From Thermomicrobium roseum DSM 5159 (lineage in GTDB: Bacteria > Chloroflexota > Chloroflexia > Thermomicrobiales > Thermomicrobiaceae): a stretch of DNA of 32,000 bases. This document shows, one piece after another, positions 1-8,308 of the stretch. The stretch spans positions 279,527 to 311,526 of the forward strand of contig NC_011961.1 of the NCBI RefSeq assembly GCF_000021685.1, given 5' to 3'. The notes under the pieces are model-generated. The model did no database searches. It was not told where the DNA came from and was given only the letters and a program-made list of their open reading frames with translations. Within the stretch, counting starts at the first letter, position 1, and every line of letters begins with the position of its first letter. A program made the translations under genes and the position numbers.

Positions 1-267
1 CGCGTAGGCGACGCCGGTGACGGGAAATGGTGGCTGATCGCCACGGGCGAACTCGACCAAGACGGTCGCAGGACGCAGGCGCTCTTCCACGTCTGCCCAG
101 GAAAGAGGTTGCTCGCTGGTGCGGGGCGCCGTCGGTGGCGGTGTCAGCTGGTTGCGGAAGGGGAGGCTACGGCAAGCAGTGACGAGAAGCGCGAGCAGGA
201 GCAGGAGTCGGGTGGAAAGCGCTGCGAACCGCCGCGCTCGCGTCGTCTGCTGACTCGTCCGCGTCAT
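1..267 (-). CDS. putative lipoprotein, N-terminal part only (gene runs off the left edge)
   Basis: A reverse-strand ATG at 267-265 opens a frame that stays open to base 1 (89 codons). Translation MTRTSQQTTRARRFAALSTRLLLLLALLVTAC... has a basic n-region, a Leu-rich h-region and a lipobox-like LVTAC. It is absent from the ORF track because it is truncated by the window edge. No family recognised. Confidence 0.45.
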   Translation of the reverse strand, partial: MTRTSQQTTRARRFAALSTRLLLLLALLVTACRSLPFRNQLTPPPTAPRTSEQPLSWADVEERLRPATVLVEFARGDQPPFPVTGVAYA

Positions 268-544
268 CGCTTCAGCCTGCCCTGCCACGCGATCGGGTGC
301 CGTGCTGGCCCGATGATGGCACAAGGCCGGTCGCGTGGCAAGGAATGGACCGCGCTCCTCTAACTGGTGTTCGCGCCGCCAGTCGATACCGGCATACCGC
401 GCATCCAATCCAGCAACAGCGCGAGCAGGAGAGGTCTCCGCTTGCGACTCCTCCGATGACTAGGTGTCCCTCTCGGTGGGAGCTGTCGCTGCCGATATTC
501 CGGAGGAGAACGGCGATTCCTGTTGCTCGACTGGGGGTGTCGCG

Positions 545-2275
545 ATGATACCTGAGGGAACCAGGCACGCGCGAACACGAGACTTGGACCAGAGCGAAGA
601 ACGTGCCGGCGACACGAGGCACGGGCTCCTGGAACGGTTGCGAGCGTTCTTCGAGGAGGGAATCTCCTCGTTCAGTCGTCCGATCGTCCTGCAGGAGGAC
701 GATCCGGCGGTTGGCCGAGTGACGCGTGCGCTCGAGGTGTTGGCGAGTGATCTCAAAGCGACGTTGCGTGCCCTCGAGGCATCGGTGCGCCGGTCGGCGA
801 TCGGGGTGGCGCGGAGCGCGCTGCGCATCCAAACAGTAACCAAGGCGATCGACCAGACGCGCCAGCAGGCTGACGCAGTGGCGCATGCGTTGCGGGAGAT
901 ACACGGAGGCGTGGAGGAGGTGGCCGCTGCGGCAGGGAACGCGGCGGCAGCTGCGCAGGCCGTCGATGAGCAGTCCGCGCGCGGTCTGCGCACGAGCGAG
1001 CAGGCTGAGCAGGAAGTGGTCGCACTCCAGATGCACCTGCAAGAAGCGGCGGAGCGGTTGCAGATGCTGCTCGCGGACGTGGCGCAGATCACGCAGGTGA
1101 GCGAAGTCATCGCCACGATAGCCAAGCAGACGAACCTCCTGGCGCTGAATGCCGCGATCGAAGCGGCGCGAGCTGGCGAGCAGGGTCGCGGTTTCGCGGT
1201 CGTGGCGGAGGAAGTACGCAAGCTGGCTGAGCATGCAGCGACGCAGACGCGCGAGATCCGTGCGCTGACGGATAGAGTCGCTGCGCAGCTCGCGCCAGTC
1301 CATAAGTCGCTCCGTCGGAGCGTCGAGTCCGCCGAGGCTGCGGCAACCGCGACGGTGGAGGTCCGAACAACCCTTCGAGCGACGAGCGAGCTCGCGGCGC
1401 GAGCAGCGCAGGCGGTCGATGCGATCGCACGCACCGTTCATGAGCAAACGACTGCCCTCGAGCGCGCGGTTGCCTCTCTCGGGGAGATCGTCGAGAGCAT
1501 CGGTACGATCGAACAGCAGGCCCAACGGATCGCCGAGGAGACGTTCGCGCTCGCGCACGTTGCTTCCGATGCCTATGAACAGCTTGCCAAAGTCGATACC
1601 GGTACGACGTTCCATCGGGCGCTCGCCGCCTGTCGAGAACTCGCCGAGCGCTGCCAACGTGTCTTCGAACGAGCGGTCGACGAGGGACGGCTCCGTCTCG
1701 CGGACGTGCTGGAACTCCGCTACACCGAGATTAAAGGGCCAGCGATCCGTTCGCTGGCGCGCCTCTTCGACGTGAGCCGGGTACCGCCAGAAGGTTTCCA
1801 GCCCCCCAAGTACAGCACGGCGTACGATGCTGCGGTCGATTTGGAGCTGTCGGAGGAGATGGAGACGATCCTGCGCCAGGAACCGCGCTTGGTCTTCGCG
1901 CTCCCCATCGATCTGAACACTTATGCGCCGATGCACAACCGGGCCTTTTGCCAGGACTGGACCGGCGTTCCGGAGCGGGATCTGGCCGGCAATCGGGTCA
2001 AGCGGTTCTTCTGGGATCAGCGGGTGCTGGTGCGTGGAGCGCGCGTTGGGCTCGGCGCAGCGGCCGAGCGGTTGCCGAACATGGCCTCGCGCGAGGACTT
2101 CATCCGGGCAGGCTGTGATCTGCGCGAATCACCGCAGCAGCGGTCGCAGTTTCTGGTCCAGACCTATGCGCGCGATACCGGTGAGGTGATGACGGTCATT
2201 ACCGTGCCCCTCTTCGTCAAAGGGCACCGGTGGGGTGCGGCTCTGGTCGGTTGGAAGGAAGACGATGGATCTTGA
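545..2275 (+). CDS. soluble methyl-accepting chemotaxis protein with a C-terminal PAS/Cache-like domain
   Basis: Track ORF 464..2275. I prefer ATG 545 (G-rich RBS-like stretch just upstream) over GTG 464, which directly follows a stop. [42 protein letters not shown] is the invariant hairpin tip of the MCP signalling domain. I saw no hydrophobic TM segment or HAMP. About 200 aa follow the signalling domain (..[50 protein letters not shown]). Confidence 0.85.
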   Translation: MIPEGTRHARTRDLDQSEERAGDTRHGLLERLRAFFEEGISSFSRPIVLQEDDPAVGRVTRALEVLASDLKATLRALEASVRRSAIGVARSALRIQTVTKAIDQTRQQADAVAHALREIHGGVEEVAAAAGNAAAAAQAVDEQSARGLRTSEQAEQEVVALQMHLQEAAERLQMLLADVAQITQVSEVIATIAKQTNLLALNAAIEAARAGEQGRGFAVVAEEVRKLAEHAATQTREIRALTDRVAAQLAPVHKSLRRSVESAEAAATATVEVRTTLRATSELAARAAQAVDAIARTVHEQTTALERAVASLGEIVESIGTIEQQAQRIAEETFALAHVASDAYEQLAKVDTGTTFHRALAACRELAERCQRVFERAVDEGRLRLADVLELRYTEIKGPAIRSLARLFDVSRVPPEGFQPPKYSTAYDAAVDLELSEEMETILRQEPRLVFALPIDLNTYAPMHNRAFCQDWTGVPERDLAGNRVKRFFWDQRVLVRGARVGLGAAAERLPNMASREDFIRAGCDLRESPQQRSQFLVQTYARDTGEVMTVITVPLFVKGHRWGAALVGWKEDDGS

Positions 2276-2343
2276 GGAGTGTTCCGTGACTGCCGATGAA
2301 AACGATGAGAAAGCGGTGGCGTGGCGGATCGAAGGAGGCCGTC

Positions 2344-3765
2344 ATGGGTGAACGAGTGCCGGACCTGCGTGGAGCAGGTGGGACAGCGGTGGCGGATGCC
2401 TGGCCTGGACAGGGACCCGCGGAGGTGGCTGGCGACGAGGCGATCTGGATCGCCCTGGAGCGGCTGGCGACGGAGTTGGCGCGCGGCGACCTGGTGGCGG
2501 CCGAGCAAGTCGTCGCTGAGTTACCGCCAGCATTGCGCCGACAATGGGCGGGCGTGGTCGCGGCCTGGCGCGACCGCGTCGCCGAGTTGCTCGTTGCGGC
2601 ATCGGGTGCGGTGGCCGAGGGGCTCCGGCCAGTGCGCGCGGCCGATGAGTTCTCCCAGGCGTTCCGCGCGCAGAAGGAGCAAGTGACGCAAGCTGCCAGT
2701 GTCGCTCGGGAACTGGCGCAAGCTGTCCAGCTCGTCTTCGGGAGCGTGGGACAAGTCTCGGATGCTGCCCGCGGGGCAGCCGAACGTGCCGATGCCGGGA
2801 TCCAGCGGGTCGATGAGGCCTTACGGTCTTTGGCAGACGTCGCTCGCTCGGTGGCTGAGCTCCAGCGACGGATCGAGGAGCTGTCGCAGGCGGTACACCC
2901 GATCACCCAAGTCCTGGGGACGATCGCGTCGATCGCCAAACAGACGAATCTCCTGGCGCTCAATGCCGCGATCGAGGCGGCGCGAGCTGGCGAGCATGGA
3001 CGCGGCTTTGCCGTCGTGGCGGAGGAGGTCCGGCGCCTGGCCGTTTCGACGCAAGACGCGGTGGCGGGAATTCGACAGCAAGTCCAGGCGCTGTCCGAGG
3101 GGATGCAGCGGGTCGGCGAAGCGATGGGTGTTGTCGCCGAGCAGGTCGAGAACGGGGCGCTGGTGGCGGCCGGTGGGCAGGAGGCGCTGGCCTCGATCCG
3201 CAAGAGTGTCGATTCCATCGTCGTTCCCTTGCAGGAGATCGCGTCGGCAGCCGAAGAGCAGGCCCAGGCGGTCAACCAGCTGGCGCGGAACGTGCAGGCG
3301 GTCGCGGAGGTCGCGGAATCGGTCGGGCGGCAGGCCGAGGAGTTGACGGTCGGTGTCCTCGAGCAGATGCAGCGACTGCGGGCGATGCGGGAGTTGATCG
3401 CGCAGACGACGCTCGCCTTGTCCGATGCCCAGCTCGTGCAGGTGGCGAAGGCGGATCACCTGTTGTGGGTGCAGCGGTTGTTGGCCATGCTGCACGGCAA
3501 GGAGCAGCTGCAACCGGAGCAGGTGGCTGACTGGACTGTCTGCCGGCTGGGACGCTGGTATTACGGTCGTGGTCGCGAGCGCTACGGGAACTCCAGCGTC
3601 TTTCGCCAACTGGAAGCGCCGCACCAGCGCTTGCACCAGACAGCTGCCGAGGCGGTGCGCGCCTGGAACCGGGGCGACCGCGAGCGAGCGCGGGAACTCG
3701 TGGAAGAGGTACGACGGATTTCAGCCGAAATCGTCTCGTTGCTCGAGACGCTGCGGACCATGTGA
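2344..3765 (+). CDS. soluble methyl-accepting chemotaxis protein with a C-terminal CZB (chemoreceptor zinc-binding) domain, TlpD-like architecture
   Basis: Track ORF 2296..3765. ATG 2344 has GAAGGAGG (2331-2338) 5 nt upstream. Signalling tip [40 protein letters not shown]. The C-terminus reads HLLW-x24-CRLGRW-x21-HQRLH, matching the CZB 3His/1Cys pattern Hxx[W]..Cx[L]Gx[W]..HxxxH. No TM segments. Confidence 0.88.
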   Translation: MGERVPDLRGAGGTAVADAWPGQGPAEVAGDEAIWIALERLATELARGDLVAAEQVVAELPPALRRQWAGVVAAWRDRVAELLVAASGAVAEGLRPVRAADEFSQAFRAQKEQVTQAASVARELAQAVQLVFGSVGQVSDAARGAAERADAGIQRVDEALRSLADVARSVAELQRRIEELSQAVHPITQVLGTIASIAKQTNLLALNAAIEAARAGEHGRGFAVVAEEVRRLAVSTQDAVAGIRQQVQALSEGMQRVGEAMGVVAEQVENGALVAAGGQEALASIRKSVDSIVVPLQEIASAAEEQAQAVNQLARNVQAVAEVAESVGRQAEELTVGVLEQMQRLRAMRELIAQTTLALSDAQLVQVAKADHLLWVQRLLAMLHGKEQLQPEQVADWTVCRLGRWYYGRGRERYGNSSVFRQLEAPHQRLHQTAAEAVRAWNRGDRERARELVEEVRRISAEIVSLLETLRTM

Positions 3766-4431
3766 GCAAGTGTCCCGCACGACTCGATCGAGGCGCAGGG
3801 AGCGGGTCGACGTTGCCCACCGGTTGCCGAGCGATCGAGGCCGGAGCCTCCTCATCCGTGCGCAGTGGGCCCCTTCGACTCCTGCGCGGGGTGAGGCACG
3901 AGCCGCTGGAGGCAGCCAGCTCCGTGCACCCCGCGAGGAGTGACTAGGGCCGGTCGGACAGGCACGGCTGTCCGGTACGCGGCTCCGGCTGATCGATCGC
4001 TTGGACGAGGAACGGCGCTGTCGCGACACGGTGTGTTCCCCGGCTCCATGCCCGTGGGTGTCCGAAGGCTCTTTGCGCGCCGCTGTCTCGGCGTCTCGAT
4101 CGGTCTTCTGCCCGCGATCGTCTCTCGCTCTCGATCACGCTGGTCAGGAGGGGAGTAACCTCCTGAACACGGGTGGCGTCTCCGTTCGGTCGGTTCGTCC
4201 CTGGAGCCACGACGATTCGCGGTGGATGGCGGCGGGTGACGGTGACTCCGGGCACGGTACTCTGCTCAGTGCTGCGATCGGTCATGACCCGCCAGGAGAG
4301 AGGGACGGATCGCAGTCTTCTCGAAGCAGCCCGGCCGACCTCGACGGGTGGATCCGCGCCTATCTTGTCGCTTTTTCGCCCGGCCGGTAGAGTATCCGCT
4401 GTGCGGGAAGGTGAGCCGGAGGAGGTGAGAC

Positions 4432-5883
4432 GTGAGCGGGCGGGCTGTCGGGGCAGGAGCAGCGGCGGGCGAGAGCTGGCTCGAACGCTTTTTCCATCTA
4501 CGGGAACTGGGGACGAATGTCCGGACGGAACTTCTGGCCGGCGTCACGACCTTCATGGTGATGGCCTACATCATCTTCGTCAATCCGCAGATCTTGAGCG
4601 CTCCCGATGTGCCGGACAAGCTTGCGATCTCCGCGGTGACGACGGCGACCGCTCTCGTCGCTGGTGTGATGACGATCGCCATGGGATTGGCGACCAACCG
4701 GGCCTATGCCATGGCCCCGGGGATGGGGCTGAACGCTGTCGTCGCGTTCCAGCTGATGGGAGCGCTCGGACTGACCGCTGCCGAGGCGATGGGGGTGATC
4801 GTCGCCGAGGGGCTGGTCATCACGGTGCTGGTCCTGCTCGGTATCCGGCGCTACGTCATGGAGGCGATCCCGCTCGAACTCAAGCAGGCGATCTCGGTCG
4901 GCATCGGGCTCTTCATTCTGTTCATCGGTCTGGTCAATGGCGGCATCGTGGTACGCGACGAGGCGACGCTGGTGCGGTTGGGTGACTTGAACAGCGTGCC
5001 GGTCTTCGTCACCGGTGTTGGGTTGCTGATCACGCTTTTCTTGCTCGCGCGCAACGTGCGCGGGGCGCTCCTCTGGGGGATCCTGCTCACCACGGTCGTT
5101 GCCATCATCGCCCGTGCCGTGACGGGGACGGAGGCGTTCCCACCCGGCGTGGCCCAGCTCCCCACGCAGTGGATCGCGGTACCGGATTTCAGCCGGATCG
5201 GTGACTTCAGCTTCGGTTTCTTCGCCAAGCTGGGCGTCCTCTCCGCGATTCTGGTCGTCTTCTCCATCATGCTGGCGGACTTCTTCGACACGATGGGAAC
5301 GTTGATCGGCGTGGGGCGGCAGGCAGGCTACTTAGACGAGCGCGGCGAGTTGCCGCAGGCACAGCGGGCGTTGCTCGTCGACTCGCTCGGTGCGGTCGTC
5401 GGTGGCGCCTGCAGCGCCTCCTCGGCGACGACCTACATCGAATCGGCGGCCGGCATCGGCGTCGGTGGGCGGAGCGGTCTGGTCTCGGTGGTCACTGGGA
5501 TCTTGTTCCTCCTTTCGATGCCGTTCTGGCCGGTCGTCGGGATCGTCCCGGCCCAAGCGACGGCACCGGCACTGATCGTCGTCGGCTGGATGATGATGGG
5601 TGTGCTCAGCCGAGCCGAAGCCGAAGCCGAGGGGAAGCCGTCGCGTGTGCAGGTGGGGGGTATCGACTTCGCCAATATCGAAGTCGGGCTTCCGGTCACC
5701 ATGACCATGCTGATGATGCCCTTCACCTACAGTATCACCGACGGTATCGGTGCGGGCTTCATCACCTGGACGCTCATCAAGGTCTTCCGCGGCAAGTTCC
5801 GCGAGGTGTACCCGGTCCTCTATGTGGTGAGCGCGGCGTTCGTCATCTACTTCTTGCGTCATGCCCTGGGCTTGGTCGTCTAG
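4432..5883 (+). CDS. NCS2 family permease (AzgA/PbuG-type adenine/guanine/hypoxanthine transporter)
   Basis: GTG 4432 lies 6 nt after GGAGGAGG (4418-4425). The N-terminal signature FFHLRELGTNVRTELLAGVTTFMVMAYIIFVNPQIL is typical of AzgA-like purine permeases. The protein is polytopic and hydrophobic throughout, 483 aa. Confidence 0.88.
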   Translation: MSGRAVGAGAAAGESWLERFFHLRELGTNVRTELLAGVTTFMVMAYIIFVNPQILSAPDVPDKLAISAVTTATALVAGVMTIAMGLATNRAYAMAPGMGLNAVVAFQLMGALGLTAAEAMGVIVAEGLVITVLVLLGIRRYVMEAIPLELKQAISVGIGLFILFIGLVNGGIVVRDEATLVRLGDLNSVPVFVTGVGLLITLFLLARNVRGALLWGILLTTVVAIIARAVTGTEAFPPGVAQLPTQWIAVPDFSRIGDFSFGFFAKLGVLSAILVVFSIMLADFFDTMGTLIGVGRQAGYLDERGELPQAQRALLVDSLGAVVGGACSASSATTYIESAAGIGVGGRSGLVSVVTGILFLLSMPFWPVVGIVPAQATAPALIVVGWMMMGVLSRAEAEAEGKPSRVQVGGIDFANIEVGLPVTMTMLMMPFTYSITDGIGAGFITWTLIKVFRGKFREVYPVLYVVSAAFVIYFLRHALGLVV

Positions 5884-5891
5884 GCCGGGAC

Positions 5892-6110
5892 TCACGCAGC
5901 GAAGCTGTGCCGGGCGGCCTGGATGACCAGGACGAGGAAGGCCAGGGCGACCGCATAGGCGCCCAGCACCGCAGCCAGCGTCCAGGCCAAGGCACCCAGG
6001 GGATCACCGGCGGCCTCGCACTGGTCAGCCTGGCGGATGGCGCCGAGCAGCCAGTGCGGGCCGAGGAGAAACGCACCGAGAGCCACTAACACGGTCGCGA
6101 GGTCGAGCAC
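5892..6110 (-). CDS. small hydrophobic membrane protein (about 72 aa, two predicted TM helices), hypothetical
   Basis: This is the 3' part of track ORF 5892..6224. The start is tentatively placed at in-frame GTG 6110, 22 nt after the stop of the upstream small ORF. LDLATVLVALGAFLLGPHWLL...LAWTLAAVLGAYAVALAFLVLVI is hydrophobic with high third-position GC. The RBS is weak and the start is uncertain. Confidence 0.3.
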   Translation of the reverse strand: MLDLATVLVALGAFLLGPHWLLGAIRQADQCEAAGDPLGALAWTLAAVLGAYAVALAFLVLVIQAARHSFAA

Positions 6111-6132
6111 GGTTGGATACCTGATGCGCTGG

Positions 6133-6306
6133 TCAGCTGGGAGCGCGCTGGCGTGCGAGGACGAGAGCGAGCACGATGATGAGCGCTGCCAGCGCGACGA
6201 AAAGGATGGCGCCCACTGCACCACTGACCCAACCGGCGAAGGTGATCAGGGCCAGGAGAGCGAAGAGCGGCAGCAAGAACCAGATGAGCACCTGCAGTCG
6301 CGGCAT
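6133..6306 (-). CDS. small hydrophobic membrane protein (57 aa, two predicted TM helices), hypothetical
   Basis: Within track ORF 6133..6333. ATG 6306 is preceded on the coding strand by GGAAGGAG with a 7-nt spacer. Product MPRLQVLIWFLLPLFALLALITFAGWVSGAVGAILFVALAALIIVLALVLARQRAPS. Confidence 0.5.
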   Translation of the reverse strand: MPRLQVLIWFLLPLFALLALITFAGWVSGAVGAILFVALAALIIVLALVLARQRAPS

Positions 6307-6374
6307 GATCGCGCTCCTTCCACCGGTGCGCACAGCACGTGCGCTGATCGTCTCGAAGGGGTCGATGCTCTATC

Positions 6375-6383
6375 ATCATACCA
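6375..6383 (-). promoter_or_regulatory. candidate extended -10 element (TGgTATGAT) upstream of the small membrane ORFs
   Basis: The reverse strand reads ..GCGTGGTATGATGATAGAG.. in a locally AT-rich patch about 70 nt upstream of ATG 6306. There is no convincing -35. Sequence pattern only. Confidence 0.25.
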
Positions 6384-6444
6384 CGCTGGCTCATCGAACG
6401 GTGCGCTGGAGCGGTGGCCTGGCGGCGTCCGCGGAGCGGAGCGG

Positions 6445-7368
6445 TCATTCGGTCCAGACACGGTAGCCGCGGGTGACGCGCAAGTGTTCGGGGAGCGCCG
6501 GCTCGACGTGCACGGTGACATCGGCGGCCTGACCGATGGTCTGCTCGACCATGCGCGCCACTTCGCTGGCGATCTCGTGGGCCATGCGGACACTCAGTTC
6601 CGGGTCGACTTGGATATGGAGATCGACCCAGACGAGACCGTCGCCGCCGCGCGTGCGAATGTTGTGGACACCCCGGACGCCGGGCACGCCCCGCACGGCG
6701 TGCTCGATCACCTCGACTGGAACCACAGCGGCGTCGGAGAGGGTGAGCGCGGCATCCCGAATGATCGTCCAGGCGCCCCAGGCGATCACACCAGCGATGC
6801 CGATCGCCAGGAGCGGATCGACGATGGCGTAACCGGCACGGACAGCCACCAGCCCACCGATGACGGCGAGCGAGACGAGTGCATCGGCAGCCGTATGCTT
6901 GGCGTCGGCGCTCAGGATCGAGCTGTGGAGCTCGCGCCCGCGCCGGCGTTCCCACGTGCTGACGCCGATATTCACGAGCAGCGTGACCAGCATGACGGCG
7001 AAGGAAAGGGGAGTGACTTCTGGTTGAACGCGTTCCTGGAGACGATGCCAGGCGTCCTGGAGAATTTGCACGACCAGGAGACCCATCGCGCCCGCGATGA
7101 CCAGCGAGGTCAGCGCCTCGAAGCGCCGGTGCCCGTAGGGGTGGTCGGGATCGGGCGGGCGCGCCGCGATGGCCATGCCGACGAGTCCGACAATGTTCGC
7201 TGAGGCATCGAGCAGGGAGTTCAGACCATCAGCCAAGATGGAGAGGCTGCCGGAAACGAAGCCGACCACGAGCTTGGCGATCGCGACCGTGAGATTGAGC
7301 ACGAGCACGGTCACCAGCGTGCGTTTGATCGATCGGGTTCGCGAGGAACGCTGCACGATCCTTTCCAT
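6445..7368 (-). CDS. cation diffusion facilitator (CDF) family metal efflux transporter
   Basis: Track ORF 6445..7755, trimmed to ATG 7368 (MERIVQRSSRTRSIKRT...) because the upstream 129 codons are Arg/Pro/Ser-rich filler. CDF hallmarks: SGSLSILADGLNSLLDASANIVGL, DPDHPYGHRRFEAL, six TM helices, and a C-terminal cytoplasmic domain (VRGVHNIRTRGGDGLVWVDLHIQVDPELSV). Confidence 0.88.
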   Translation of the reverse strand: MERIVQRSSRTRSIKRTLVTVLVLNLTVAIAKLVVGFVSGSLSILADGLNSLLDASANIVGLVGMAIAARPPDPDHPYGHRRFEALTSLVIAGAMGLLVVQILQDAWHRLQERVQPEVTPLSFAVMLVTLLVNIGVSTWERRRGRELHSSILSADAKHTAADALVSLAVIGGLVAVRAGYAIVDPLLAIGIAGVIAWGAWTIIRDAALTLSDAAVVPVEVIEHAVRGVPGVRGVHNIRTRGGDGLVWVDLHIQVDPELSVRMAHEIASEVARMVEQTIGQAADVTVHVEPALPEHLRVTRGYRVWTE

Positions 7369-8308
7369 CCGTGCCGTCGCGCGCTGCTCACCGCTCGGAG
7401 TAACTCTACGCGGGGCGACTGGGCGCGGAGAAGAGCAAACGATGAATTCACGCTGGCAAAACTGGGAATGCTGATCGGCCGAGGCTCGCCGCTCCCGACA
7501 GCGCTCGCGGCGGGGTTGGGAGTGCGGCCGGATCGATTCGCACCTGCCCGGCGTGCACTGCTCGATCCTGCTGAATGGACGAAACGGCGATCGGCCTGCC
7601 CTGGCGCGAGCGGGAGAGGCTCGGCTCGCTTGGGTGAGATCGCGCGCGGGAGTTGGGTCGCACTGGGCAGTCCCGTCTCGAGCGGTTACCGGTACCGATT
7701 CGTCACGGCGGCAACGGCGCAGGAACGCCGAGAGACGACGCGCTCGACCGCTCACGCGCTAACCGTGCTCGGGTTGTGGATTGCGACGTGCGGAGTCGGT
7801 CCAAAACGAGCCGTATCGACCATGTTCCCCCAGGCCAGCTATTTCGGAACTCGAGCATTCCGTTCCATCGCTCCGGCCCCGGTAGGCCTGAGTAGGCGCA
7901 CTCAGCTTCCCGAGGGGCATTTGGGTGAGGAGGATAGCGCTTGCCAGGCGGTCGGACGACCGCACAGGGTGGTCGCCGGGCACAGTGCTCGATAGTCGAG
8001 CGGATGGGGCTCGAAAAAGGCTCCCCCGACTGCTTGCCGTGTCGTGTCCCCCGACACCTCCCGTTCCTGCAACTATCACCGGGTCAGGGGCGAGGTTGGC
8101 ACCCGCGGTACGCGCTGATCCTGTCGACAGTGCTTGGCTCGGGCGCTGGCCGGTCTGGTCCGCGTGGCGCGTTGCTCGAGGGTTCGGTGTCCCTGCCGTG
8201 CTCGGGGTCGGGCAGCGGGTGCGGGGCCGGCTCTCATGGTGGGAGATGGCTAAGATTGATGAGCAGAAAGGAAGCTGGCACTGCCGGCACGACGCGTTAG
8301 GAGGACGA

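Noticed and set aside
1109-1225. A nucleotide-level repeat of about 115 nt, roughly 85% identical, shared with 2921-3040.
   Set aside because: It is explained by codon-level conservation of the invariant MCP signalling hairpin tip in two paralogous genes. It is not a mobile element or a regulatory repeat.
272-1936. A 554-aa minus-strand ORF (plus 460-1434 and others) lying antisense to the first chemoreceptor gene.
   Set aside because: It is extremely Arg/Ser/Pro/Leu-rich with no recognisable motif. It overlaps the plus-strand MCP gene, which carries unmistakable signalling-domain motifs. This is a typical shadow ORF of GC-rich DNA.
2217-3275. A 352-aa minus-strand ORF antisense to the second chemoreceptor. 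The same class of long antisense or out-of-frame ORFs occurs at 8297-9346, 10022-11014, 10548-11279, 13413-14672, 16645-18090, 21324-23189, 22487-23365, 23226-24191, 25149-26108 and 26340-27101.
   Set aside because: All overlap strongly supported genes on the other strand or in another frame. They have low-complexity Arg/Pro/Ser/Gly composition and lack RBSs, so they are treated as non-coding shadows.
3944-4285. A 113-aa minus-strand ORF, and ORF 4173-4985 (+), in or next to the gap upstream of the permease.
   Set aside because: No RBS and no motifs. ORF 4173-4985 overlaps the permease out of frame. Composition is not protein-like.
4290-4431. A possible purine, ZTP or ykkC-type riboswitch in front of the NCS2 purine permease.
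   Set aside because: I could not find the conserved cores (guanine/adenine J2/3 UUUCUACC and J3/1 CCGACUA, or the ZTP/ykkC boxes) by eye, so it is not reported as a feature. Only an Rfam scan can settle it.
7520-7610. A possible NiCo (czcD-motif) riboswitch upstream of the CDF gene, suggested by a duplicated GGGCAGG element and a nested helix.
   Set aside because: I cannot reproduce the Rfam consensus from memory well enough to claim a match. The region is also more than 150 nt from the start codon. It is left as a check in the gap finding.
7369-7755. An N-terminal 129-codon extension of the CDF transporter ORF.
   Set aside because: The extension is Arg/Pro/Ser-rich with no TM segment or homology. 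The internal ATG at 7368 gives a normal-length (307 aa) CDF protein.
8170-8215. tRNA-like GGTTCG T-loop strings here and at about 4185-4200.
   Set aside because: The flanks do not form an acceptor, D or anticodon cloverleaf. No tRNA is supported.
7925-8308. A 128-codon extension upstream of menB, and ORFs 7468-7995 (+), 7941-8300 (+) and 7759-8079 (-) in the large gap.
   Set aside because: MenB aligns from MNQFEW (ATG 8309, with an AGGAGG RBS). The gap ORFs have no RBS, odd composition and moderate third-position GC. The gap is kept only as a non-coding curiosity in the findings.
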